A DNA stretch of 56,740 nt from an uncultured Alphaproteobacteria bacterium (GCA_944390905.1 CALXRR010000003.1:1-56740); one strand, 5' to 3'. Counted from the stretch's first letter, positions 20,241-28,727 are shown. Numbers and translations are program-made. The notes: generated by a model from the sequence alone, not told the origin.

Positions 20241-20491
20241 CTCCCTCCCTGTTGTATAGGGAGGGGCGGGGTGGGTGAGATATAAAAGAATCTACTGTGA
20301 ATTATCTCACCCCTCTAACTTCTAGCTTCATAAGTTGCGCCGTGGGCTTAACAACTTCGCTTCGGTCACTCGACTTGTAAGACTTGTTTCGGTTAGCTAT
20401 CACTTTCTCACAAGTCAACAAGTCTTCGCTGTCATCAGCCAACAATTCGCAGGATTGTTGGCTATTCTCCAGCCCTATGCAACAGGGGGAG
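20241..20491. repeat. Inverted pair of REP-like palindromes, the right one interrupted by an insertion
   Basis: CTCCCTCCCTGTTGTATAGGGAGGGG...GGGTGAGATA on plus; CTCCCCCTGTTGCATAGGG[insert]AGTTAGAGGGGTGAGATA on minus. Confidence 0.65.
20319..20475 (-). repeat. ~155-bp multi-stem dispersed element, copy A
   Basis: Colinear with 56446-56598: shared ends and linkers, compensatory changes in stems. Confidence 0.75.
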
Positions 20492-20500
20492 AAAATTTGC

Positions 20501-22417
20501 TTAAAACTCCATGACCGGGCGAACAACGATGTTACTATAGTAGTTGGTCTTATAGTCGTAGCTCATATTGAACGAACCACTCGTATTGGCGCCGAAGTAC
20601 CACGCGAAGTTGGTGGAGTACTCAGACGACGACCAAACGTTCTCATAAGAATAGGAAGGTTGTCCACCATATCCTAATTTAGTGCCTCCGGCAGTGGTGA
20701 TACCGGCGTTGACTTTGGCGAAATTGACGGAATTATTAAGGTTGTTAAGCAAGTCATAAGATGGCAAACACCATGATTTACCGCTTGGTGTACCTGTCGG
20801 GTTATAATTATTTGCTGCAGTAGCAGCCGCATAACTGCTGCCCAAAGCAACCAGCTTTTGGGTATTGGTACAGCTGGCGCTAACCGTTTTATCGGTAATG
20901 CCGGTTGTTGTTCCATAACCCCACTTAATACCTGTCTGTATTGGTTTAACGGTCATTACCCAGCCGCCGCCGGAGGCGCCGTTAGAGTAGATAACCACGC
21001 CGAGCAGAGTTTTGCCGCTGACTTTACTGCTGGAGCAAGTGTTGTCACTATAATACAAAGTGCCGACTTCACAGACTGCGCGGTCAGTCTTACATGTTCC
21101 ACTGGTTGCATCCCATTTATAACCACTGGCGCATTTACATTGAGTATATTTTCCACCACAGGCGGAGCCTGTGCCACCGGCGTAGCCGGTGCCGGAGCAA
21201 GTGTATTTGTATTCGGACTGGCAGCTGATGCAATATACATAGCTGGTGTCAAATGGGCATTTGATAGTGCGCTCGGGGCAGGTTTGCTTTTTGTAGCCTA
21301 AACTAGAGCAGTCTTGATTGAGCGTACACCAGTCAGTGCCATTGCAAACGCACATTCCGCTGGATGAGTTCCAAGTGAAACCGGTAGCGCATTTACAGGC
21401 GGTATATTTTCCGCCACAAGCCGTACCCGACCCGCCGGTGATGTTGCTGCCCGAGCAGGTATATTTGTAGGTACTACCGCAAACACAAGTTCCGGTCGAC
21501 GCATTCCATGTGTATCCACTAGCGCATTTACACTTTTGATATTTGTTGTCACAGCTGTTGCCGTCGCCGCCGGAATATCCCGTCCCTGAACAAGTGTATT
21601 TGTACCCGGTTGAGCATACACATTTTTTCGCCGACACGCTCCATTCATACATGGTCGGGCAAGTGCACTTGGTGTAATAAGTTCCGGTGTCATCTTTACA
21701 GCTCGTTCCGCTACCGCTTGCAGAGCCGCAGTCAATATAAGTTCCGGTATTACTGCTATTAGTATCACACCTAATTTTATACTTAGTACCGGTACAGCTC
21801 TCACAGCTTCCGTTTTTGACGTGTCCGGCAGGAATATTGCTGGCGGTATAGTTATATCCGGTACATTTTTTGCAACATTCTTTATATTTGCCGTTGCAGG
21901 CAGTTCCTTTGCCTTGCTCGTCGGTGCCATTACAAGCCTTGTTGTATTCCGGTTTGCACTTACATCCCGTATGCCAACCATTATCATAAGGACAAAGAGT
22001 TCCTTTGTCTTGAGTAGAATTACAAACGGTGTTTACATAACCTTCCAGTTTGCACATATTATCAGTATCAGGATCAATCGGCCCCGCACCGCTGGAAGAA
22101 CTGCTATCCGTCCCCCCTCCCGCACCTCCGCAATTTCCCGCATCAGTGATGAAGCACACAGACGCCAAACGAGCACTTGACCCCACCCCTCTCTGGAGAG
22201 AGAGGGTGGCGGCTGAGCCGTCGGGAGAGTTGATTAACAAACGCTCAGCGTTTGCAAAATTGGACAAGGAAAGAAGTTTGGTTTGAGAAACAAGGTGTGT
22301 ATTATGTGTGTGTGAAGATAAATCTGTTTCTGATGGGAGAATACCGGCTTGGGCAGATAAAACACTACCTAAGCTTAGACAAGATACGGAAATCAATAAG
22401 TAAACATGCCGTTTCAT
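20501..22417 (-). CDS. Secreted Cys-rich repeat protein with C-terminal CLec-like domain; putative DGR target
   Basis: Signal peptide, YKYTCSG...C...KY..C.C..G..W repeats, WCLPSYDLL and VWSSSEY...AW...VRPVMEF C-terminus; GAGGAG RBS before ATG 22417. Confidence 0.8.
   Translation of the reverse strand: MKRHVYLLISVSCLSLGSVLSAQAGILPSETDLSSHTHNTHLVSQTKLLSLSNFANAERLLINSPDGSAATLSLQRGVGSSARLASVCFITDAGNCGGAGGGTDSSSSSGAGPIDPDTDNMCKLEGYVNTVCNSTQDKGTLCPYDNGWHTGCKCKPEYNKACNGTDEQGKGTACNGKYKECCKKCTGYNYTASNIPAGHVKNGSCESCTGTKYKIRCDTNSSNTGTYIDCGSASGSGTSCKDDTGTYYTKCTCPTMYEWSVSAKKCVCSTGYKYTCSGTGYSGGDGNSCDNKYQKCKCASGYTWNASTGTCVCGSTYKYTCSGSNITGGSGTACGGKYTACKCATGFTWNSSSGMCVCNGTDWCTLNQDCSSLGYKKQTCPERTIKCPFDTSYVYCISCQSEYKYTCSGTGYAGGTGSACGGKYTQCKCASGYKWDATSGTCKTDRAVCEVGTLYYSDNTCSSSKVSGKTLLGVVIYSNGASGGGWVMTVKPIQTGIKWGYGTTTGITDKTVSASCTNTQKLVALGSSYAAATAANNYNPTGTPSGKSWCLPSYDLLNNLNNSVNFAKVNAGITTAGGTKLGYGGQPSYSYENVWSSSEYSTNFAWYFGANTSGSFNMSYDYKTNYYSNIVVRPVMEF
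20504..20638 (-). other. Putative DGR variable region
   Basis: Last 45 codons: none ends in A; runs of NNC/NNT codons between largely A-free scaffold codons. Confidence 0.65.
22183..22229. repeat. REP-like double hairpin lying in frame inside the CDS
   Basis: CCACCCCTCTCT-GGAG-AGAGAGGGTGG plus GGCGGC-TGA-GCCGTC; similar architecture at 56145-56187. Confidence 0.5.
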
Positions 22418-22570
22418 GATAATATCTCCTCGCAAACCTCTTTCCTACGAGTCTCATACTATCACAATTTTTCATTATTGTAAACACTAATTTTTCAAAA
22501 CCGGCAAAATATTGCACTGCTCCCCAATCAAGCTCAGAAAATGGAGTTTTTATAAAATTAAGCTAATATT

Positions 22571-23833
22571 CTAAAACGGACTGGTAACTTCAGGTACCAA
22601 TACCTGAACTTCAACATTTTCCTCTACTTCAAGCGGTTGAGCATTAGAGGTCGTCGGCGCTTTGGACTTGGCGGCCGGTTTAGCGGCTTGATTATTCGCT
22701 TTTGGCGCAGACTTAGCTGCTTGAGCCGTCGTTGTTGAAGTAGTCGCCTTTTTCTTGACATCTGCAGCCCTGATTAACCCCAGATTCTTTTCAATAGCGG
22801 CTTTTTCGGCGGCTTTTTCTTTATCGGTAATCAGGTTCAGCTGGCTGATAACCTCCAATTTGCGTAAATCTTTAGCTGCGGATAAAATATCCTTAGACGG
22901 CGCTTTGTTCTGCATTCTTAGCTTCGGCTTGGGCGGCAAAATAGCCTCCACAATCAAATCACGCTCAGCTGAAAACTCTTGCGGAGTAATAGCTCGAGCC
23001 TCAACCGCACTGCGTAAAGAGTTGATTCTCTCAATAATCAAATCAGAAGAGGGGACTGGCTTGTCAATTCCAAAAGCCGGAGCCTTGTTGGTTAAAGGCA
23101 GCAACCCACCGATGTTAGCCGCGCGCCCGGCCAAAAACTCCTGCTGAGTAATCATATCATTTTCGGCGAGCTCATTCAAAATCAAGAATCTAGAAATAAT
23201 ATTTTTCTCTTCATCGCTGAACAAAACCTCAACGGCTTTCATATCAGCGGCGGTGTCAGCCTTATTTTCAGCAATCATTTTCTGCTGGCGCACAAACAAA
23301 GCCTCATCCATGGCAGATTTTCCTTGTCTGGCGGAGGCTTCTTGAGAAATATTAAAGACCATAGCCCCATCTTTGTCCTCAATCATAAACTCGCTCTGCA
23401 TCATATTGAGGCGGCGCAGGCGGCGACGTGCGATTTCGGCCATGCTTTCCGGCTTTCCGCTGTCAGTTCCGAGGATAGAAGTTTCCTCTCCGCCGACAAT
23501 AATCAAGTCTTCATAATATTGTCTGGCACGATTCAAACGCCCCATGTGCTCATAGACCAAAGCACCAACCATTAAGGCCTGCGGCTGTCTTGGGTTGAGG
23601 CGCAAAGCCTGAATCACATGGTTTTCGGCGTCTTCAAATTTTCCTTGAGAATAAGCTACGGTAGCCAGTTCAGCGTCATTAGCGCCTTCGGTTCCATAAT
23701 TTTCGCCCTTAAACCAACTGTGATTAGGAGTCTCTTGAGTTTTATTAGCCGTATCAAACATCGAGCAAGAAGCCAAAGCCATTGATAGCAAAACCCCGCA
23801 AACCCCACGGTGAACCAATTTTCCAGACACCAC
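22571..23833 (-). CDS. TPR lipoprotein with three SHOCT-like motifs
   Basis: LASC lipobox; TPR pair; ITQQEF, ITPQEF, ITDKEK motifs; low-complexity tail. Confidence 0.7.
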   Translation of the reverse strand: MVSGKLVHRGVCGVLLSMALASCSMFDTANKTQETPNHSWFKGENYGTEGANDAELATVAYSQGKFEDAENHVIQALRLNPRQPQALMVGALVYEHMGRLNRARQYYEDLIIVGGEETSILGTDSGKPESMAEIARRRLRRLNMMQSEFMIEDKDGAMVFNISQEASARQGKSAMDEALFVRQQKMIAENKADTAADMKAVEVLFSDEEKNIISRFLILNELAENDMITQQEFLAGRAANIGGLLPLTNKAPAFGIDKPVPSSDLIIERINSLRSAVEARAITPQEFSAERDLIVEAILPPKPKLRMQNKAPSKDILSAAKDLRKLEVISQLNLITDKEKAAEKAAIEKNLGLIRAADVKKKATTSTTTAQAAKSAPKANNQAAKPAAKSKAPTTSNAQPLEVEENVEVQVLVPEVTSPF

Positions 23834-23984
23834 GATATTCTCCTTAAAAACTGATAAAAAAGTTTTTTCAAATCTTGAAGGTATAGTAATAAATATTCAT
23901 TTATATTACAATAATTTTAATTGGCCTGTTAATTTTACTTGATTTATCTGAAAAAATATGTACTATTCAAACAACTTTAACCCG

Positions 23985-24069
23985 GCAGGCGTGGTGAAAT
24001 TGGTAGACACGCCAGACTTAGGATCTGGTGGCGCAAGCTGTGAGAGTTCGAGTCTCTCCGCCTGCACCA
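23985..24069 (+). tRNA. tRNA-Leu (TAG)
   Basis: GCAGGCGTGGTGAAATTGGTAGACACGCCAGACTTAGGATCTGG...GTTCGAGTCTCTCCGCCTGCACCA; usual position upstream of tig. Confidence 0.96.
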
Positions 24070-24123
24070 TTTTCCCTCAGTTATGGAGAAAATGGTTTTT
24101 TGCACAACTTAAGGTAAAGAAAG

Positions 24124-25548
24124 ATGAACATAACAGAGTTAAAATCTGAAGGATTAAAAAAAGAATATAAGGTGTCGATTCCTGCACAGGATGTCGCCAA
24201 AAGTGTTGAAGCCAAATTAAATCAGGTTTCTAAAAACGTCAAACTCCCCGGATTCCGTCCCGGAAAAGCTCCCAAATCAATGCTGAAGCAAAAATATCAG
24301 GCTTCAATTATGGGTGAGGTCTTGGATGATATGGTTCGCCACGCTACCGACGGTGTTATCAGTGAGAAGAAGTTGCGCCCGGCTTTGATGCCGAATGTCA
24401 AAATTACTTCTTTCGGCGAGGATAAAGACATCGAGTTTGAAATGAGCGTTGAAGTTTTACCTGAAATCAAACTCGGCGACCTTACCAAACTTTCTTTAGA
24501 AAAAGTTATAGCAGAAGTTCCGGCTGAAGAAGTAGACAAGGCTTTGGGTTATCTGGCCAAATCCCGCCGTGAAACTCAAACAGTTGAATCTGACCGCGCT
24601 TCTAAAAAAGGCGATACCGTAGTTATTGATTTTGTCGGCTCGGTTGACGGTGTTGAATTCCAAGGTGGTAAAGGCAATAATTATCCTCTTGAACTTGGCT
24701 CAGGTTCATTCATCCCCGGATTCGAAGAACAGCTTGAAGGCAAAAAAGCCGGTGATAAAGTTGACGTTAAGGTTAAATTCCCGGATAACTATCATGCTAA
24801 GGATCTGGCCGGCAAGGACTCTGTCTTTGCAGTTGAAATCAAAGAATTGCGTGAGAGCAAGGATGTTGCCATTGATGATGAGTTTGCCAAATCTTTGGGC
24901 GAAAAGAGCCTTAATGAACTTAAAGACAAGATTTCAGCCCGCATCAAAGGAGATTATGAAGTTGCATCTCGCATGAAGTTAAAACGCCAGCTTCTTGATG
25001 CTCTTGACAATGAATATCAGCTTGAAGTACCGCAAGGCTTGGTAGATGCTGAATACAAGGGTATAGTTTCTCAATATGAACAAGCTAAGAAGTATAACCA
25101 GCTTGATGAAAGTGAAAAATCTAAGAGCGAAGAAGAACTTCTTGCTGATTATAAAGACATTGCCGTTCGCAGAGTAAAGCTTGGCTTGGTATTGTCCGAA
25201 ATTGGCAAAGATGCTAAGATTACGATTGAAGCCGATGATATTAACAAGGCCATCATGAACGAGGCCAGAAAATACCCTGGTCAAGAGCAAGCCGTCTTTG
25301 ATTATTATTTGAAGAACAAAGACGCGGTTGAAGCTTTGAAAGCTCCGGTTTTTGAAGAAAAAATCATTGACCACATCATCTCACAGGCTAAAGTATCAGA
25401 AAAGATTATATCAGTAGAAGACCTGTATAATTTTGATGAAGAAGCCAAACCGGCTAAAAAAGTATCTAAAAAAGCCGCCAAAAAGGCCGAAACATCATCT
25501 GAAGAAGAAAAGAAACCCGCCAAGAAAAGCAGCAAGAAAACAGCTTAA
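24124..25548 (+). CDS. tig: Trigger factor
   Basis: PGFRPGKAP ribosome-binding motif; FKBP domain (IDFVG, FIPGFEEQL); Lys-rich tail. Confidence 0.97.
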   Translation: MNITELKSEGLKKEYKVSIPAQDVAKSVEAKLNQVSKNVKLPGFRPGKAPKSMLKQKYQASIMGEVLDDMVRHATDGVISEKKLRPALMPNVKITSFGEDKDIEFEMSVEVLPEIKLGDLTKLSLEKVIAEVPAEEVDKALGYLAKSRRETQTVESDRASKKGDTVVIDFVGSVDGVEFQGGKGNNYPLELGSGSFIPGFEEQLEGKKAGDKVDVKVKFPDNYHAKDLAGKDSVFAVEIKELRESKDVAIDDEFAKSLGEKSLNELKDKISARIKGDYEVASRMKLKRQLLDALDNEYQLEVPQGLVDAEYKGIVSQYEQAKKYNQLDESEKSKSEEELLADYKDIAVRRVKLGLVLSEIGKDAKITIEADDINKAIMNEARKYPGQEQAVFDYYLKNKDAVEALKAPVFEEKIIDHIISQAKVSEKIISVEDLYNFDEEAKPAKKVSKKAAKKAETSSEEEKKPAKKSSKKTA

Positions 25549-25571
25549 CTAGCGGTTTATAGCCTAATACC

Positions 25572-25600
25572 AAAGCCCGTCAAATCAATGGCGGGCTTTT
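25572..25600 (+). terminator. tig terminator
   Basis: AAAGCCCGTC...GGCGGGCTTTT. Confidence 0.75.
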
Positions 25601-25614
25601 AGTTTATAGTTCAA

Positions 25615-25740
25615 ACATAACACTACCTGCATGAGCAGGTAGATGTAGTCGTACCCGCCCAGCCGTAAAGTTTGCATAGCTTTGGCTGGTAAAACATAGT
25701 TCTGAACGGTTAATACCTCTTGCGTCAGCTAGTGGAGTTT
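25615..25740. mobile_element. Possible non-autonomous IS200/IS605-type miniature element
   Basis: Terminal hairpins CTACCTGC-ATGA-GCAGGTAG and imperfect CCTCTTGC-GTCA-GCTAGTGG, one internal hairpin, no ORF. Confidence 0.35.
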
Positions 25741-25823
25741 ATTTTGATTGAGAGTGAAAAATAAAGCTTTAAAACAGTAATAATCGGAAATTAATGTCGG
25801 CAAACTTACCATTTAAATAAAAA

Positions 25824-25879
25824 CAAGGCGGCTAAGGATGCCAGCGCTATTGCGCTAACCAATGCCCAAAGCCGCCTTG
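25824..25879 (-). terminator. ppiD terminator-like stem with a large structured loop
   Basis: CAAGGCGGCT/AGCCGCCTTG perfect 10-bp stem, T-run on the minus strand. Confidence 0.55.
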
Positions 25880-25884
25880 ATAAG

Positions 25885-27750
25885 TTAGTCAGCTAAGCCG
25901 ATAAGCTTATAATCGACTTCAATATCATAGTCGCGACCATAACTGTCAACCAGCTGATTAGCGGTTTCGTCAGTCAGATTTCTGCGAACTCCGTTACGAA
26001 TATTCGCCTTTTCTTGATCGGTAAGCTTGTGCTTGTCTTCAACAATCTTAGAAGTAATCACAATCAACTTGTCACCGTCTTGCTCAATCAGCTTCGGTGT
26101 ATTAGTATTTTCTTGGAAAAGCGCAAAAATCTGTGAAGACGGCAAAGAGTCAAAGCTTTCGCTCTTCTTAATCGGAGCCGTAGTCTTAAGGCTTACACCG
26201 AAACGTTTTGCTGTTTCAGCAATGTTTTCACCGTTTTCCAAATCAGCCATAATATCATTAGACAGCTCTTGAGCCATAGCCTGACGCTCATTTTCAGCCC
26301 ACATCTTGACGATTAATGGCTTGACTTCATCCAAATCCAGCAAATGAGCATCTTTTACACTATCAACTCTAACAATTGCAAAACCGGTGTCAGTTTCAAT
26401 CACCTGACTGATTTCTCCTGGATTGTAAGAAAAAGCACCATCAACCAACTCCATAGCCAGAGGAGTGGTTGAACCTTGATATTTGCCATCCTCGGTCAAA
26501 GCTTTAATCTGTTTAATTGATGTCTTCAGTTCTTTTGCAACATCTTCAAGCGATGCCCCAGCGCCGATTTTGTCTTCAATATCATTAGACATTTCATAAG
26601 CGGCATCATAAGCCTGAGCCTGCCTTATAGCTTCAATAGCCTTGGCATTGGCTTTGTCTTTGGGCATTTTTGAGGCCGGAATAATCTTGTTTACTTTCAT
26701 AATATGCCAGCCGAACTCTGATTTAATCGGAGAAGTCATCTCACCGGATTTGAGAGCAAACACATCATCGGCAACTTCGGCCAGCAGCATATCTTTAGAT
26801 ACCTCGCCGAGTTCGGTGTCTTGAGCCGACTGTCCGCTCAAAGCTTCAGCCGTTTTATAGAAGTCTTTTCCGCTTTTCAGTTCAGCAAAAGCCTCATCGG
26901 CAGCTTCTTTAGTGTCAAACACCATTTGCAAGACGTCGCGTTTTTCAGGAGTTTCAAATTCGGCAATATTTTCCTGATAATATTGTTGAATTTCCTCTTG
27001 AGAAGGCTCATACTGAGCCGCCACTTCCTCTGAAGAAACAGCGATGTATGAAATATCGCGTTCCTCGGGTGCCATAAAGTTTTCAGAAAAATCTTGATAA
27101 TACTGTTCAGTTTCCTCATCAGATATATCACGTCCGAGTTTAAGATTTTCCGGCACTATTTTAATATAAGAGAACACGCGCTGCTGGTTTTCAATTTTGC
27201 CGAGCAGGTCGGTCAAAAAGCTAGGGACATTCATTCTGGCCACCGGATTGTTGACAAGCATCAGCCGTTCAATATCAAGTCGCAAAGCCTGAATGTATTG
27301 AGCCTCGCTCATTCCGCTGAGGGACAAAAACATCTTAAACTTGCTGGGAGAAAAAGCTCCCTGAGAGTCCATAAACTCGCTTTGAGAATAAATAATGTTG
27401 CGAATAAGTTCATCGCCGATAACCACATTGTATTCTTCGGCGGTTGTCTGCATGACGGCATCTACCAGCTGCTTCTGTACCAAAGCGAGCAGGAGGGAAG
27501 TGCGCATATTATCGGTAATATTAATATTGTCACCAAACATCTGTCTGGCGGTATTAAGCTCTTTTTCATATTGATAAGAAATTTCTCCTTGAGAGATTTC
27601 AATATCATTAACTTTAATTACGGTACGATTTTGTCCGGCACTGTTAATATATCCCGAGATACCGAACAAAGACATAAAGCTCAAAGCCGTAAGAATAAAA
27701 ATACCTTTAGCGACCCAAGTATCCTGAAGTTTTCTGATTTTGCTCATCAT
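25885..27750 (-). CDS. ppiD: PpiD-like periplasmic chaperone/peptidyl-prolyl isomerase
   Basis: N-terminal TM, SurA-N-like region, rotamase motif PIKSEFGWHI; divergent from tpiA as in other alphaproteobacteria. Confidence 0.88.
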   Translation of the reverse strand: MMSKIRKLQDTWVAKGIFILTALSFMSLFGISGYINSAGQNRTVIKVNDIEISQGEISYQYEKELNTARQMFGDNINITDNMRTSLLLALVQKQLVDAVMQTTAEEYNVVIGDELIRNIIYSQSEFMDSQGAFSPSKFKMFLSLSGMSEAQYIQALRLDIERLMLVNNPVARMNVPSFLTDLLGKIENQQRVFSYIKIVPENLKLGRDISDEETEQYYQDFSENFMAPEERDISYIAVSSEEVAAQYEPSQEEIQQYYQENIAEFETPEKRDVLQMVFDTKEAADEAFAELKSGKDFYKTAEALSGQSAQDTELGEVSKDMLLAEVADDVFALKSGEMTSPIKSEFGWHIMKVNKIIPASKMPKDKANAKAIEAIRQAQAYDAAYEMSNDIEDKIGAGASLEDVAKELKTSIKQIKALTEDGKYQGSTTPLAMELVDGAFSYNPGEISQVIETDTGFAIVRVDSVKDAHLLDLDEVKPLIVKMWAENERQAMAQELSNDIMADLENGENIAETAKRFGVSLKTTAPIKKSESFDSLPSSQIFALFQENTNTPKLIEQDGDKLIVITSKIVEDKHKLTDQEKANIRNGVRRNLTDETANQLVDSYGRDYDIEVDYKLIGLAD

Positions 27751-27939
27751 GGCAGTATAAACCCTACATATATAAAAAATTAACTGCGACAAATGTAATA
27801 CAAAAAAAAGTATACATCAACACAATTTACGCAAGCGTTCACAACAAATATTATGTTGACAACCCATTTTTTGCTGGAAAATAAAAAAAAGTTATGATAC
27901 AACACAGCATCATGTATTTTTTTAGAAAAGGAAAGTATA

Positions 27940-28704
27940 ATGGCTAGAAAGTTATTAATCGCCGGCAACTGGAAGATGAATGGGCTTATGGCAGACGGCG
28001 TAGCCTTGGCCAAAGGTGTTGCTGAAGAAGTCAAAAAGCTTGGTAAAATCCAGTGTGAGTTTTTGGTTTGCCCGCCGTTTACCTTGTTGAGCAGTGTAAA
28101 GAAAGCTCTTCGCGGCGCTAAGGTCGCCATGGGCGGACAAGATTGTCATTTTGCTGACAAAGGCGCCCATACCGGCGATATTAGTCCGGCAATGCTTAAG
28201 GATATTGGTTGCCAATATGTTATTTTGGGGCACTCTGAAAGACGCACCAATCACTTTGAGACCAGCGAACTCGTAAATGTTAAGGCTCAGGCAGCTTATA
28301 GCAACGGGCTTAAAGCCATTATCTGCGTAGGCGAGACCTTAATGGAACGTGAGGCCGGACAAGCTTTGGAAGTCTGCCAAAAGCAAGTCCTCGATTCGGT
28401 ACCTGAAAGTGCTACCTGGCAAAACACGGTTATCGCTTATGAGCCTGTTTGGGCAATCGGAACAGGTAAAGTCCCGACAACGGCTGATGTTGCTGAAGTT
28501 CACGCCACGATTCGCAAAACTCTGGCCAAAAAGCTCGGTAAAGGCAACGCCAACCGCATGCGCATTTTGTACGGCGGCTCGGTAAAACCCTCTAACGCCA
28601 AAGAACTTTTGTCTTTGGAAGATGTTGACGGAGCCTTGATTGGCGGCGCCAGCCTTAAAGTTGAGGATTTCCTCGGCATAGCCAAGAACTCCGGCGCACT
28701 TTAA
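27940..28704 (+). CDS. tpiA: Triosephosphate isomerase
   Basis: AGNWKMN, GHSERR, AYEPVWAIGTG, YGGSVK, GGASL. Confidence 0.98.
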   Translation: MARKLLIAGNWKMNGLMADGVALAKGVAEEVKKLGKIQCEFLVCPPFTLLSSVKKALRGAKVAMGGQDCHFADKGAHTGDISPAMLKDIGCQYVILGHSERRTNHFETSELVNVKAQAAYSNGLKAIICVGETLMEREAGQALEVCQKQVLDSVPESATWQNTVIAYEPVWAIGTGKVPTTADVAEVHATIRKTLAKKLGKGNANRMRILYGGSVKPSNAKELLSLEDVDGALIGGASLKVEDFLGIAKNSGAL

Positions 28705-28727
28705 TTTAGATAAGGATATTTTAAGAT

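Noticed and set aside
20319-20475. Element A as the DGR template repeat
   Set aside because: No colinear similarity to the putative VR and no AAC-rich pattern
20302-20677. ORFs 20302-20526 (-) and 20384-20677 (+)
   Set aside because: They run through the palindromic element or antisense to the putative VR; no RBS or recognisable protein features
20674-22286. Alternative-frame ORFs inside the Cys-rich gene (e.g. 21298-21987)
   Set aside because: Shadow frames produced by repetitive Cys/Gly/Thr codons
23958-24149. 63-aa ORF before tig
   Set aside because: Spans tRNA-Leu
27094-28130. Antisense ORFs 27094-27783 and 27780-28130
   Set aside because: Opposite well-supported ppiD and tpiA; no independent evidence
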